A DNA stretch of 63,328 nt, filler included, from Globobulimina sp. (lineage: Eukaryota): assembly GCA_003354225.1 (NCBI GenBank). It is 19 parts of 19 records of this genome, joined end to end, with 100 filler letters (N's around TTAATTAATTAA, not from the genome) between each part and the next. Parts side by side here need not be neighbours in the genome. Positions count along the whole stretch, not along the records: positions 46,749 to 49,984 come from PIVH01003343.1; positions 50,085 to 53,320 come from PIVH01003344.1; positions 53,421 to 56,656 come from PIVH01003345.1; positions 56,757 to 59,992 come from PIVH01003346.1; 15 more parts are not named here. One strand, 5' to 3'. Below the pieces are notes generated by a model. It searched no databases, had not been told where the DNA came from, and worked only from the letters and a program-made list of their open reading frames with translations. Below, one piece after another: positions 46,827 through 58,887 of the stretch. How positions within the stretch are numbered: the stretch's first letter is position 1; each line of letters begins with the position of its first letter. A program made the position numbers and the translations under genes.

Positions 46827-48469
46827 ATGGCGCGAGAATCAACACCCGAGCTATATACTGTTGAACTACCAGTATCTACACCTCGTAATAAGGCGACGAA
46901 GAGAAGCGTACCTCGAGCTCTTCGCAATCACATTCGTATTAACGTACACCATGAGAATGTCCAATCAATTTCAGAACCGGTAACCGGATTTTTGGCAACA
47001 CCGCCCACATCGCCTGTATCTGTATCTGTATCAGAAAAAATTAAAGCATTCAACTTTAAACATGATTTTGACATTGATTTGTCGTCAATAAGAAAAAATG
47101 AAATATTATCCACCGCATCTGTTCCTGTCCGTGTTTGTACTGCTGACGATTTTAAATATGATCGTTATAAATTAAGCAAATTTTATGTATTATTGGTGAA
47201 CTTAATTATGCCCAGCATCTCTATATTTACTGTCAGCTTTTTGGCATTTCATTTTAAAGAACCATTCATTTTCCCATCATTAGGCCCAACCTTATTTTTG
47301 CATTTTTCTATTCCGGACCACCCGCCGGCTTCTCCACTAAATACTATATTTGGCCATTTACTTGGGATTTGTGTCGGTTATACGGCTTTGATTATCACCG
47401 GTTTGCAAGATCACAAAGCCATATTTGTGGAAGGCATTTCATTCGAACGTATTGGTTGTGCCTCGTTCGCAGTCGGCACCACTTGTTTTTTAATGATAAT
47501 ATTACTTTTAAACCATCCGCCCGCTGCAGCTACCACTTTAATTGTGGCATTGGGCATATTGACAACATTCGAACAGTTTAGAATAATGATGCTTGCGGTG
47601 GTTATTCTCGCTTTGCAATCGTTTATATTTAATAGGATGATTAGAGCTGATGCGGTTTATCCTCTATGGACAAGAAACGGAGCCAAAATCAGAGATCATC
47701 TTAGAAAATTATTTCGCTGTCGTTATATTTACAATGCTAAAACCAGAACATGTGCATTTTGCAAATATAATCGATCACATATGAAATTTGTGCATGTATT
47801 ACTCATTAATTTACTATGTCCGGCGTTTGGCTTAGCCATTATGGGCACAATTGGTCATTACACAAAGTTTTGTTGATACTGTACATTTGAACCAATTTAT
47901 AAAATTTGGATCGAGTCTAATTATAAATAATATATATATACCTATATAGTTTGCCATTTTTATTTCCAAGTGTTGGACCAACCGCATTTGTGCAATTTTC
48001 GCTGTTTCAGGAATCTCCGGCTTCTCCCAAAAATACATTAATTACGCATTTTATGGGGATTATGTTTGCTTCTTTAGGATTATTCGTATTTGGTCTGACA
48101 GATAATCCAGGCGTGGCTGTTGAGGGTATATCTTTGGATCGAATTGGATGTATAGCACATTCTTTGGGACTGATCTGTGTCTTTATGGATTTATTTAAAA
48201 TCGGGCATCCTCCCGCTGCTGCCACCACATTGATCGTTGCGATGGGAATATTGAAAGGATATATTGATTTGGCGGTGTTGATGGCAACAATCGTTATGTT
48301 TACAATATTTTCCTTTTTTATGAACCGAATGTTAAGAAATGATGCTATTTATCCAATATGGGGCAAAATCAGAGATGAGGAAGATATGCAGGCCAGATTA
48401 GAAAGACAGGATTCGATGCATGGTGTTCTTGAAGAAGAGATGGGATATCACAACTTTCCGTCTCTTTAA
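46827..48469 (+). CDS. HPP-family membrane protein with two tandem HPP domains (intron 47867-47949)
   Basis: PFIFPSLGPT...PPASPLNTIFGH...NHPPAAATTL and PFLFPSVGPT...SPASPKNTLITH...GHPPAAATTL; phase-2 intron joins the ORFs. Confidence 0.88.
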
Positions 48470-48784
48470 TGACTGTATTCTACATAATTATGTGTTAATT
48501 ATTTATATTTATGTGTATTAATATATTTCTATATTGTGTTCTTTAATAATATTATTCTTTATGACTTGATTTTCGATATATTGTTTTTTTATATGATCAA
48601 AATAGTTCGAAGTAGTTTATGCTCCTTGCTGGCTATGGCAAGTACTATCTTTTGACTACACAGCAAGACATAAAATGTATAATTTAGATGAACCAATCAG
48701 CCGAATCAGGTTTTAATAAATCATTGTAAAATCCGACTCCATGCTCACCGATTGTTAAACATCCCGGTGAGGCTTGTAACATAT

Positions 48785-49723
48785 TTAATATTTTGATTTT
48801 TGTTTTCTCTTTTCTTTTATTTTATTATTTTTTTTGTTTTCATGATGTTTCTTTGAATTCATATGCATTTCATATCTTTTCTCCGAATTAAATATTTTAT
48901 GACACGTTTTGCATTTATACATTCCGACGGAAAATTTAATTCCCGCTTCCGATTCAATTGGTGTCCAATCTCTTGTAATCCCATCAACAAATTTAGCAAA
49001 TATCCATACAAATGATTTATGCGCGAAAACGTTTTTATTATTCACAGTATTTGTCGTCGTGTGTCTATATCCAAAAAATAATTCCTGTTCAAATAATATT
49101 CTTCTTTTTAAAGCAAACCCATTATTTACAATTTTGCACTGTTTTTGAATGTCCCAGGAATTATAAATTGGTTCACCTTTTAAAGCAATATGTAATTCGC
49201 CATTATTTTTCAACAAATTTGATGATTGTTCAAAAATGGAACAAAGAAGTTGTTGATTCGACGGAATTGATTTCTTATATTCGTAATTTGGTACACCTGA
49301 ATGAGGGAAATTGAATATTATGACATCAAATTTTAACTTTTCTGTTCTGAATGATTTAAAATAATTAGATTTATGCATTTCATTTATGTCAATATTATGA
49401 AAAATAACGTTTCTCATTCTTTTAATTAATTGGATATTACATTTTGAATTATGATATTTGTGAATGATTGAATTGTAATCATTGTATGAGGTTGCCACCA
49501 CATTACAGAATCCAAGATGAGATAAACTGGCAGCAAATGAAAAATCACCTTCTCCCAATAATAAAATTCTGTCGTTATAATCTAAATGTGTGATTTGTGA
49601 ACGTTGATATAATAATTCATTTAAAATTAAATTATTATTTTCATTGTTCGAATCATCTAATTCTAATTTTTGTTTTTTAGCTGTCGGTTCATGTGAATTC
49701 GTTGCAATTGCAGTATTTGACAT
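48785..49723 (-). CDS. BMT5: 25S rRNA uridine-N3 methyltransferase BMT5-like (DUF2431) with C-terminal C2H2 zinc finger
   Basis: ILLLGEGDFSFAASL, VATSY, FDVIIFNFPHSG, GELHIALK, YNSWDI, FFGYRH; CKTCHKIF...HMNSKKH. Start codon uncertain. Confidence 0.8.
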   Translation of the reverse strand: MSNTAIATNSHEPTAKKQKLELDDSNNENNNLILNELLYQRSQITHLDYNDRILLLGEGDFSFAASLSHLGFCNVVATSYNDYNSIIHKYHNSKCNIQLIKRMRNVIFHNIDINEMHKSNYFKSFRTEKLKFDVIIFNFPHSGVPNYEYKKSIPSNQQLLCSIFEQSSNLLKNNGELHIALKGEPIYNSWDIQKQCKIVNNGFALKRRILFEQELFFGYRHTTTNTVNNKNVFAHKSFVWIFAKFVDGITRDWTPIESEAGIKFSVGMYKCKTCHKIFNSEKRYEMHMNSKKHHENKKNNKIKEKRKQKSKY

Positions 49724-50084
49724 TTTTCTTTTTTTTAAGTTCCGCTTAAGCATTAGGGATTTTTGCTTTATAAAAATCGTAAAATCTAATCTATCATCTT
49801 TGTTAATCCCCCTTTTTGCTAGTTTTTGTCTCTTGAGTCTTGAGTTCAATGCGACAGAGTGAACTTTAACAACAAATGGTGTGTATGCACACATTATAAT
49901 TATGTTAACTTTCATAATTGATTTGGATCATAGATAATATCTGCAGTATCATGAGGAGAATGTAAAATTATACCGCAAGAAAGGNNNNNNNNNNNNNNNN
50001 NNNNNNNNNNNNNNNNNNNNNNNNNNNNTTAATTAATTAANNNNNNNNNNNNNNNNNNNNNNNNNNNNNNNNNNNNNNNNNNNN

Positions 50085-53000
50085 TTGTCAAACTAAGAAT
50101 CAATTTAATAATAAAAGATCTGATCTACAACCAAACAAAAACAAAATCTGTACAATTAATATTAAAACAAACAAAACAAAACAAACAAATTTACAAATCG
50201 GGCATTTGCGAAGGAGCGCCGATGGAGATGTCCGATTGTTGCTGAATTCTATAATCAACGGGCTGCAACGGGTCCACTTTATACTTTTTCTGCGGCCCTT
50301 TTGGCGGCATTTTCATATTGTAATCTTTGAGCGGACCAAACTTCCATTTCTGATAAATTGGCCTCGCGTGGCCATCCAAACGGTTTTTGAAATTCGGGTT
50401 CTTTTGATTGAATAAATCGGCCAAATTCAATCCAATTTGCTTATTGTCGCGGTTTGGATCCGTGATCATTTCCGATATGGCATTGGCGACCGCCGCACGA
50501 TGCACATCGCCCACTTCCTGCGGCCCCTTCTTTTCATCGATGGCGATATCAAACCATTCGCGATTATTCGTCCCCTTTGGCGCCAAATCCCTCTCCGTCA
50601 CCGGCGGCAATTGCGTCAATTTGGCGCCATCGTTGAATATTTTCTGCAACAATTTGTTGTCGGGCGGAAACATTACTTTTTGCAACTGCTCCATCGCAAA
50701 TTTGCGCACTTGCGGAGTATTAATATTTTCGATATCCACCTTTTCGCCCAACTTCTGCACCAATTTGTTGATGGCTTTCGGCTCGTTTTTGTCGATGATG
50801 TCGTCCACAATTTTATTGACCGCCTTCCTTGCGTACGGATGGATTTTGCGGCATTTCGGGTCGTCGTAAATCTTAAACAAAGAATCTAAAGTTTCATCCA
50901 ACGAACCCACCGCCAAATCGTTGTCCGCATCCATGGCCATTTTGAATATCTCCGGTATGGTTTCCGTGGCGGTCTTTGCCACCGGGTTTCGATGATGGTC
51001 CTCGTCCAATACTTGCACACTGAAACCGCACACCAACAATGGAATATATTTCTGCTGCAACAAAACGCCGTATTTCGGGTTCTGCGCAGCTAAGTTGTCA
51101 TGGATTTTGTTGACGGCCTCCAGTCGCTCCATCGGCGGCGCGTCGCGCGACAATATTTTCTCTAACAAGGCCTCGGGGTCGTCGTTGTCCACACTGAGCA
51201 GCAAAACACTGTTCTCCACGACGCCGTACTTTTTAATGGGAGCATAGTCCTCCTTCGCCGCGATTTTCTTGCCCCGAAAGGCCAACGTTTGCGCCGCCAC
51301 CGGGATGCACGGAATGGTCTTGTCCTCAATGCGCTGTTTGATGGACAAAAAATTGTCTTCCGGCGACACGTCCAATTTTAGCCGGCTTCCGTCGGGTTTT
51401 TGCACGAAAATCGGATACGTCAATTTTAAATCGATCAGGTCGTTTTTCTTGATATTGTACGCCTTGCTCGGTTTGTTGTCGTTCAATTCGCGTTTCTTGA
51501 AAACGAGCGTTTGCTGCCGGACGGGAATGCTTTCCTTGGCCTCCATCATTTGTTTGATGACTCGCGTCTTCTCAGTCGGGTCGATGTCGATTGTCGTGAT
51601 GCTGCCGTCCGGCTTACGGATCCGAACAGGAATGGTTCCGCCTGACATATATATATAAAACACGACATATATAACAAAAAATATAATTAACGCATACCTA
51701 AATACAACTCGCTATTGGCCACAATGCCATAATTGAAAATGCTCTTATTTGGCTCCTCCAATTCCTGCTGATTTAGTTTGTTGAATAGCTGCTGTTCCTT
51801 GACGGGATAGTCGCCATTTGCGCCGCCAGTCATACCCTCGATCATTTTCTTGACATTCGCCACTTTTTCGTGTGGCTCCACCTATGCTAAGATTTTGCCT
51901 TCGCGCGTTTCCACATAAATTGGTATAGTACCGGTCGACAATTGCAATACATCATTCTTTACAATATTATGGTCGCCCAAAGTCGCATTATTATCCGCCA
52001 ACTCTCTGCGTTTGAAGAATAATTTCTGTTCATTGACGGGATATTTGTCTTTGGTAAGCGTCTCAATTTGCAATTTGTTGAATAACTCATTTCGGAGTTA
52101 TAGCAATCTGACAATGTCTCATTTGTGTGTAATAAATGCAGTGGAATAAACTCGATGGCCAATTAAATTCATACAAAAAAGACAAACCGCACTTTATTTG
52201 AGCTGATTGCCAGGCAGTGACATTTGGCACATTCGCTTTGAACTTAAAGGTTTTTGGGAAATAACAGAAAACAGAAAACTTAACAACGACGAACAAACAT
52301 AAATAACCATTTGCTGCAATTGTTGAATTAATAATTTAATAAACCAGTAAAATGTGATTAAATTAAATCTTTTATAATTGGCATCATATACAAATGATAT
52401 TCATAATATGTACACATGATAAATATAACAAAAATATATACAACAACCATTCATTAAAAATATATACGAATAATATGTACAAGCAATATACAAAATAAAA
52501 TATAAACAAATAAAGAATGAAAATGCAGATAAAATGAAATAAACGTAATATCGAGGTCGTCCCAGCCGAATTACTAAACCGGTCAGGCGCTGAGTTGTAA
52601 AGAAAAGAATAGGCATGACCCAAACTTCTAATCTAGTTGCGACCTACTATTGTGATAAACGTCTTATCCATTTTTAAATGCACTTCCATTTTTTAATGCA
52701 ACTCCGTTTTATCCATACTAGTATTTTTAATTATAATTCAATTTTTAATTCAATTTAATTTTCCTATTTAAAAATATATATAGTGACTGGACTAATTAAT
52801 CATTAATGAAAAAAGAAGCTCAAGTTTTTTAATGAAATAAATCCCTTCGTCCACGCAGACTTAAGTCTGAATTGATTTATTGAAATTGGATTTATTTTCG
52901 AGTTATTACGAGATTTGTCACAAAATTAGAGTAAATTAGGCTAAATTGGAGACAAAAAGAGACGACACAAACAAATAAGTTATTTATTAACAGAAAGTAT

Positions 53001-53320
53001 TGTTGAATCTATTATGTGTAGTAATTATGCGAGTCGCGACGTACCAGCCAGCCACGACATACCCACCTACCCGCCACCACAAAGTACCGCCCTCACCACC
53101 CCCTACCACCACCACCACCGCCACCGCCACCCGCCAGCTCCGCGCACTTTTGTATGATGACATCGATCATTTCGGATTACATAAACATAATAAAAGTTTA
53201 ATTGTCAAACTAAGAATCAATTTAATAATAAAAGATCTGATCTACAACCAAACAAAAACAAAATCTGTACAATTAATATTAAAACAAACAAAACAAAACA
53301 AACAAATTTACAAATCGGGC
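50085..53320. repeat. Contig with an exact 119-bp terminal direct repeat (3117-bp circular or tandem unit)
   Basis: 50085-50203 is identical to 53202-53320. Confidence 0.95.
50191..52073 (-). pseudogene. Poly-ubiquitin-like (4 Ubl) + HEAT/TOG-like gene; 5'-truncated with in-frame TAG at 51882-51884; intron 51642-51697
   Basis: Four Ubl repeats (e.g. IPVRQQTLVFKKRELNDNK...YNIKKNDLIDL); the first lacks its N-terminal half; TAG in KILA*VEPHEK; the distal ~480 codons are intact. Confidence 0.6.
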
Positions 53321-53565
53321 NNNNNNNNNNNNNNNNNNNNNNNNNNNNNNNNNNNNNNNNNNNNTTAATTAATTAANNNNNNNNNNNNNNNNNNNNNNNN
53401 NNNNNNNNNNNNNNNNNNNNGCACAGAATCAAAACTTTTCGTTTTATGCATACAAACAGACGGAGATTTTATGGAATATCAAATTTTACGTCCTGTGATA
53501 CAATACCTTAATATAAAGACCATTTCAAATCACCTTCCATACGAATATTACATGAGATATTTTAT

Positions 53566-54029
53566 TTACAAACACGCATCACACAGAACTACAAATATCG
53601 CAATAACAAACAAAGTCCGAACACTCATGATTCGATTGCATCCATCACTGCCATCACAACTATCAATGTCTGAAACTCTGTAATAAATAGAGTCTGCCCA
53701 ATATTTATAGCACCGATCCAATGTAACAATAATATCTGCACGAAACTCTGTGCAATTTACATCGTCAAAATCTGCAGATGAGATATGAGTGTCATTAATG
53801 ACACCAAACATTAAATTCCAATGAGAATATTGTTCATAATCCAGAAGTACTGGAAAGACATTGGAATCCCATCCGGAAACATCCGGAAACCAATTTCATA
53901 AAAAATATCTTCTGTGATACTACATTCAAATCCTCCACAATGTTCATCACGTAAACGTTCATAAATAACATATCCTGGTTTCGCTGCTAATACATTGATG
54001 ACGGAAACTGCAATGAGGAACATTAACAT
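53566..54029 (-). CDS. Small secreted/membrane Cys-containing protein (probably spliced)
   Basis: Signal-like MLMFLIAVSVINVLAAK in ORF 53811-54029 and a hydrophobic C-terminus in adjacent ORF 53566-53811. Confidence 0.4.
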
Positions 54030-54184
54030 TATAATGCTGTATGTGGTATAAATATTGTTAATATAAAAGAGTTAAAGTTGTGTTGTCAATTAGTTAGCTA
54101 TCCGATGTAAGAGAGTTAATTAAAAAACTTAAAAAACTTTTCCTGTCAATGTGAAATCAAATATTACTAGAAAAACACGTTGAA

Positions 54185-55648
54185 ATGGAATTTTTCGCAA
54201 TCACGAATCACAAATTAAGTGAATACAAAACAGTGATTACGGCCACAGACTCATCAGATTCTGAGAATAGTTTTGGGAATGTTTTAATAAAATCAATGAG
54301 CAAAGAATCACATGAATGGCAATTCAAAGTGCTGAATAATTATTGGTCCAATGGCCTCTATTTTGGTATAGCAATGGACCGCCATTTAGACTTTAAACCT
54401 GCATTTACATCCAATGGATTTGGCTATGGACTCTGTAGTGATGGCAGTGTATATTCCGCCAATTCCAAAGGGAAACATCATAAAATCATTGGTAGCAATT
54501 TTTTTTCTGAGAAAAAAAAAGAAAATGCTAACGGACCCAAACAAATTACAAAAGCTGTTAAAACCGTTAAAATCAAACAGAAAATCATCCAGAATGACAT
54601 TGTTTGCATGACTTTGGATTTAAAGAAACGGACATTGACATTTCATATTAATGAGCAAAAAAATAAAATTGTAATCAATAAAATCAAAGTAACGAAAAAA
54701 ACAAATTACAAAATGGCAGTATATGCAATGGGCGAAGACGATGCAGTGCAATTATTGCAATATAACAATGGTAATAAAAAAAGCGATATTAATAATTGTT
54801 GTGTTGGCGATATGGCAGAAAAAGAAAACGAACAAAAAGAACCACAGAATGCACCACAAAATGAACAAAAAGAAGCACAAAAAGAACAAGAAGAGAAAGA
54901 AAAAAATGAGACAGAAAATCCAATTAAAAAACTAGAAAATGAATCAAGTGTTGCTATAGAAACAGAAATGTCTGAAAGCGACAAAAAAATTGAATGTTTG
55001 CAAAACGAATTAACTGAAATAAAAATAAAGTCCTATCAATATTTGACAGAGAACAAAGAATTGCAAACTAAATTGGATGGACAGAGAGATGAAATATTAA
55101 AATTGGAGCAAGACATAAATGGCTACAAAGAAAGAATGCGCGAATTGGCTGAGTTGAAAGTAAAAAATGGAGCTTTGGTCGAAGAGCAAAAACAATTAAT
55201 TGCCAAAAATGAGCAGCTTCAAATTATAATACAACAAAAAGAGAAAACGAAAATGAATGTAAAAATAGAAAAATTGGATATGTTAAACATGAAAAATGAG
55301 TCATTGGCGGAAGAACAGAAAGCATTGGAAATGGAGAGCCAATGTTTATTTGTTGAATATAAAAAGTTAAAGATAGAAAGTATGGATGTTTCAAAGTATA
55401 GAAGTTGGGATTGGTTTGATATATTTGTTTGGATAATAACTATTGCGAATGGAAGATTTGTTAAATATGAACAGGATTTGCATGCAATATTAAGTGAGGA
55501 ACAGCCAACTGGACAGGATTTAGAATATGTGAATGAAGCTGATGTTAAGAGATGGGGTGTTGCCAACTTTGGGGACATTCATGCATTGCGGCAAAGCATT
55601 CAAGACATGATCAGTAAGTATTCGATGTTTGTATTTTTAGATAAATAA
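54185..55648 (+). CDS. B30.2/SPRY + coiled coil + SAM-like domain protein
   Basis: HEWQFKV, LYFGIA, YGLCSDG, NDIVCMTLDLKKRTLTFHIN, YKMAV (SPRY); WDWFDIFVWI...TGQDLEYVNEADVKRWGVANFGDIHAL (SAM). Confidence 0.8.
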   Translation: MEFFAITNHKLSEYKTVITATDSSDSENSFGNVLIKSMSKESHEWQFKVLNNYWSNGLYFGIAMDRHLDFKPAFTSNGFGYGLCSDGSVYSANSKGKHHKIIGSNFFSEKKKENANGPKQITKAVKTVKIKQKIIQNDIVCMTLDLKKRTLTFHINEQKNKIVINKIKVTKKTNYKMAVYAMGEDDAVQLLQYNNGNKKSDINNCCVGDMAEKENEQKEPQNAPQNEQKEAQKEQEEKEKNETENPIKKLENESSVAIETEMSESDKKIECLQNELTEIKIKSYQYLTENKELQTKLDGQRDEILKLEQDINGYKERMRELAELKVKNGALVEEQKQLIAKNEQLQIIIQQKEKTKMNVKIEKLDMLNMKNESLAEEQKALEMESQCLFVEYKKLKIESMDVSKYRSWDWFDIFVWIITIANGRFVKYEQDLHAILSEEQPTGQDLEYVNEADVKRWGVANFGDIHALRQSIQDMISKYSMFVFLDK

Positions 55649-55859
55649 TATTTCTTCATTGTATAAGCTTAGTGTACATTACAAAAATACTAATAATCAT
55701 TTGAATAAATCCGAAATCGAAATGTTAAATAAAAAAAATCTGAACTACTTTACCTCACTCCATCCAAACATCCGCCCGCTACTAGTAGCTAAACAAGAAA
55801 GTTTGACATAACCAAACCAAACCAAACCACACCACACCACACCACACCAGACATCCGAT

Positions 55860-56656
55860 ATGTCATTTTTATTAATATTAACAGTGATTGCTTGTATGGC
55901 AAATTCGCAGCCTCAGTGTCTTTCGTCCCAAACAGAATTATTTTATGAAAACGCTGAAAATTTTACTGATTGGATATTTGACAATGACGGAACAGCTGTG
56001 GCTGATTATGAGCCTGCGATTAATAATACAAATTATTGTTATGACGAAGATTGTTATGGTATTTTGCAAATTGATTTTGATTCAGTCACAACAACACCAA
56101 ATTTCGTATCCAAATTAGGATTAATATCAACAATCGGATTCACAGATATTACCATCAATTATGCATTAAAACATGGTGCGTTTAATACGAGCAAGGAAGA
56201 TTTTGTAACCTCTGCAGATGGAGAGTGCGGAAGTAGTTATACCGTCGATGGAGAAACATTTTCGACCCTTGATTCAGACGTTTCTGTCGCTGGTATGACC
56301 TTCGACGAATTGTACAATTCATCGATGCAAATAATTACAGAATCGCTTGGTGCGGACGCAAGTAATACGGCAGCCCTTCAAATTCGATGGGAATTGACAT
56401 CATTGTGGCCAATTAATTCCACCAACAGCCAAAACTTACATTTCTGTTATATCGATGAAATTAGATTATGTGGCACAGCCATTACAACATCAACAACTGC
56501 CACACCGTATCGCAGTGATTCGAGTTCTGATGATTCGGGTTCAGGTTCTGGCGATTCCTCAGACAGTGCTTCAAAGAAAAGGTTCAAATTAAAACGAAGA
56601 AAACAATCCAGATTTACCAGTTCAGAGTCAAGTGAGTCAATTTACAGCGCCTTATC
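55860..56656 (+). CDS. Secreted protein with beta-sandwich domain, 3'-truncated
   Basis: Signal peptide MSFLLILTVIACMANSQ; ISTIGFTDITINY...LQIRWE...FCYIDEIRLCG; S/T-rich linker. Confidence 0.7.
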
Positions 56657-56756
56657 NNNNNNNNNNNNNNNNNNNNNNNNNNNNNNNNNNNNNNNNNNNN
56701 TTAATTAATTAANNNNNNNNNNNNNNNNNNNNNNNNNNNNNNNNNNNNNNNNNNNN

Positions 56757-57091
56757 ACGGAACTGCAGTGGATATGGTGCAGGAATGTGGCATGGACGCA
56801 AAGATGATATTGCCACAGATCCGGAGGTTATTGAAAGGGAATTTGGTGACATCGTATAATACGGATTTTGATTTGACGAGATTTTTGAACCATCCGTTGT
56901 ATAATATGGAGTGTAGGGAGTTCGAATGTATTATGAAAATGTCTGGGAAAAAGATGAATTTGATAATGCCGAGTTTGGAAAGTGCTGCAGCGCATTTTTT
57001 GGGGATTGATTATCAGTGGGGATTGCATAATGCGATGGAGGATGCGTTGACTGCGGCGAAGATATTGTCACAAGTTGTTGATGAAAAATGA
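56757..57091 (+). CDS. DEDDh 3'-5' exonuclease (DnaQ-like), 5'-truncated
   Basis: LVTSYNTDFD (Exo II) and LHNAMEDALTAAKI (Exo III HxAxxD). Confidence 0.8.
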
Positions 57092-57259
57092 TATATTTGT
57101 TGTATGATTGTATTATTTGATATTTAACATTTGTAGTGTACTACGTTTTTTTTACTTTACAAGTTTTTGAAAACGCGAAGTTTAACGAAATTGGATGGCT
57201 TTTTTCTTGTACTCATAATATGTTCATAATGAAATAAGGTATTTATTGCATCTATCAGT

Positions 57260-58304
57260 ATGTCAAGAGAATTTAAAGTTGGCGCATATTCTATTATTAA
57301 GAAGTTGGGATCTGGGAATTTTGGCAGTGCGTATATTTGTCATAATGCGACAGTGGGTTCAGAGAAATATGTATTGAAGCAAATTAATTTGAAAGCATTG
57401 AATGAGCACGACAGGAAATGTGCAATCCAAGAAGCAGAATTATTGAAAAAATTATCGTGTCCGTGTATTGTAAAATATGTTGATTCATTTGCGGAAAATG
57501 ATGTATTGTCGATTGTGATGGAATACTGTGATGGTGGTGATTTGGCAACATTAATTGAAGCAAGAAAAAAATCTAATCAACTGTTTCATGAAAATGAAAT
57601 TAAGAATGTATTATGCCAGATTACAATTGCTTTGTCTCATTGTCATGAACAGAATATTTTCCACAGAGATATTAAAACATCAAATGTGTTTGTATGTAAA
57701 AACGGAAGGGTGAAATTGGGAGATTTTGGCGTTTCTAAACAAATGCAAGATTCAAACAGTATGGCTCAAACTACTATTGGCACTCCTTATTACTTATCAC
57801 CAGAGATTTGCAAAGGAGATCCATATGGAAACAAATCCGATATTTGGGCATTAGGCTGTATCATCTACGAAATGATGAATTTCCATTTACCATTTGAAGC
57901 AGCTGGACTCGCAAGATTAGTTATGAGCATCACAAATTCAGATTTTAAACCTTTATCTCCAAGTATGTATATATTTCATGTAATGTATATATATTATATT
58001 TCAAAAATGTTGTTTGTTCTATATAGAATATCCAGATTTGTTTAGAGAGCTAATCTCGCAAATGTTAGCGAAACAACCAACACGTCGTCCGACAACCCAT
58101 GATATTCTTTATAACAAAGTAATGGAACAGACATTTGAGATGCTTTCGCCACTAATGGTAGCAACGTCGAGCGTTACTATAAAGTCAACATCATCTGAAT
58201 TAGCAAACCACAATAATTTTGCAGACATAGAGATGATGATTGACAAAGAGATGGACGAATTAGAAAGAAAGCATTTAGCAGAAATACAAAAACTATCAAT
58301 ATAA
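57260..58304 (+). CDS. NIMA-related (NEK) kinase (intron 57963-58026)
   Basis: LGSGNFG, YVLKQI, IVMEYCDGGDL, HRDIKTSNVF, KLGDFGVSK, IGTPYYLSPE, KSDIWALGC; spliced YPDLFRELISQML...RRPT. Confidence 0.92.
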
Positions 58305-58887
58305 AGATGTTGTGAAATCGACGTGAAAGTATTCTGCATAACTCGGGCTTGATGCTCTGCTGCACCAGCGATGATAGATTTAATTTCTTCACGAGAATTT
58401 GTTTTGGTGGCTGGCTGCTCAGTTACTAATTGCCCTTTGATTTTCTGGAAATAGTTAAACACCAATTGTGTATATTGTTCCTTGATTGTTTGGAGTTTAT
58501 CAGCCACAGCACATTGAATTTGGTTAATCTCTTCAACAGATGAAAGTTGTGAAATATGCTGAGTCAACTTTTTTTTTGCTCTTGTTACAACAAGCTGATG
58601 TTTTTTGATGATTTCTTGCTTCCCGTTCTCAAATGCTTTCCATGCTTCTGGATGCTTTTGCAGCTCTTCCATTTCACCTTCATCAATTTTGCTCATGAGT
58701 GCAATAATCAGTAATGGTGGTTGATTTTGTGTTATTTCAGAAAAACAATTTGTTTCATAAGAACCACCCAAGAGTTGATGATGACATAACATTTCATCAT
58801 TCATCGAACAAGATTACTGAAAATACTACTAAAATGAAAAACGATTTTAAGGAAGTTCAATACTCTTGCATCAACAGCACAAACTGC

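Noticed and set aside
51882-51884. In-frame TAG as evidence of stop-codon reassignment
   Set aside because: Single case, explained by a 3-bp deletion in a truncated duplicate; long conserved genes such as dynein and FCP1 contain no internal stops.
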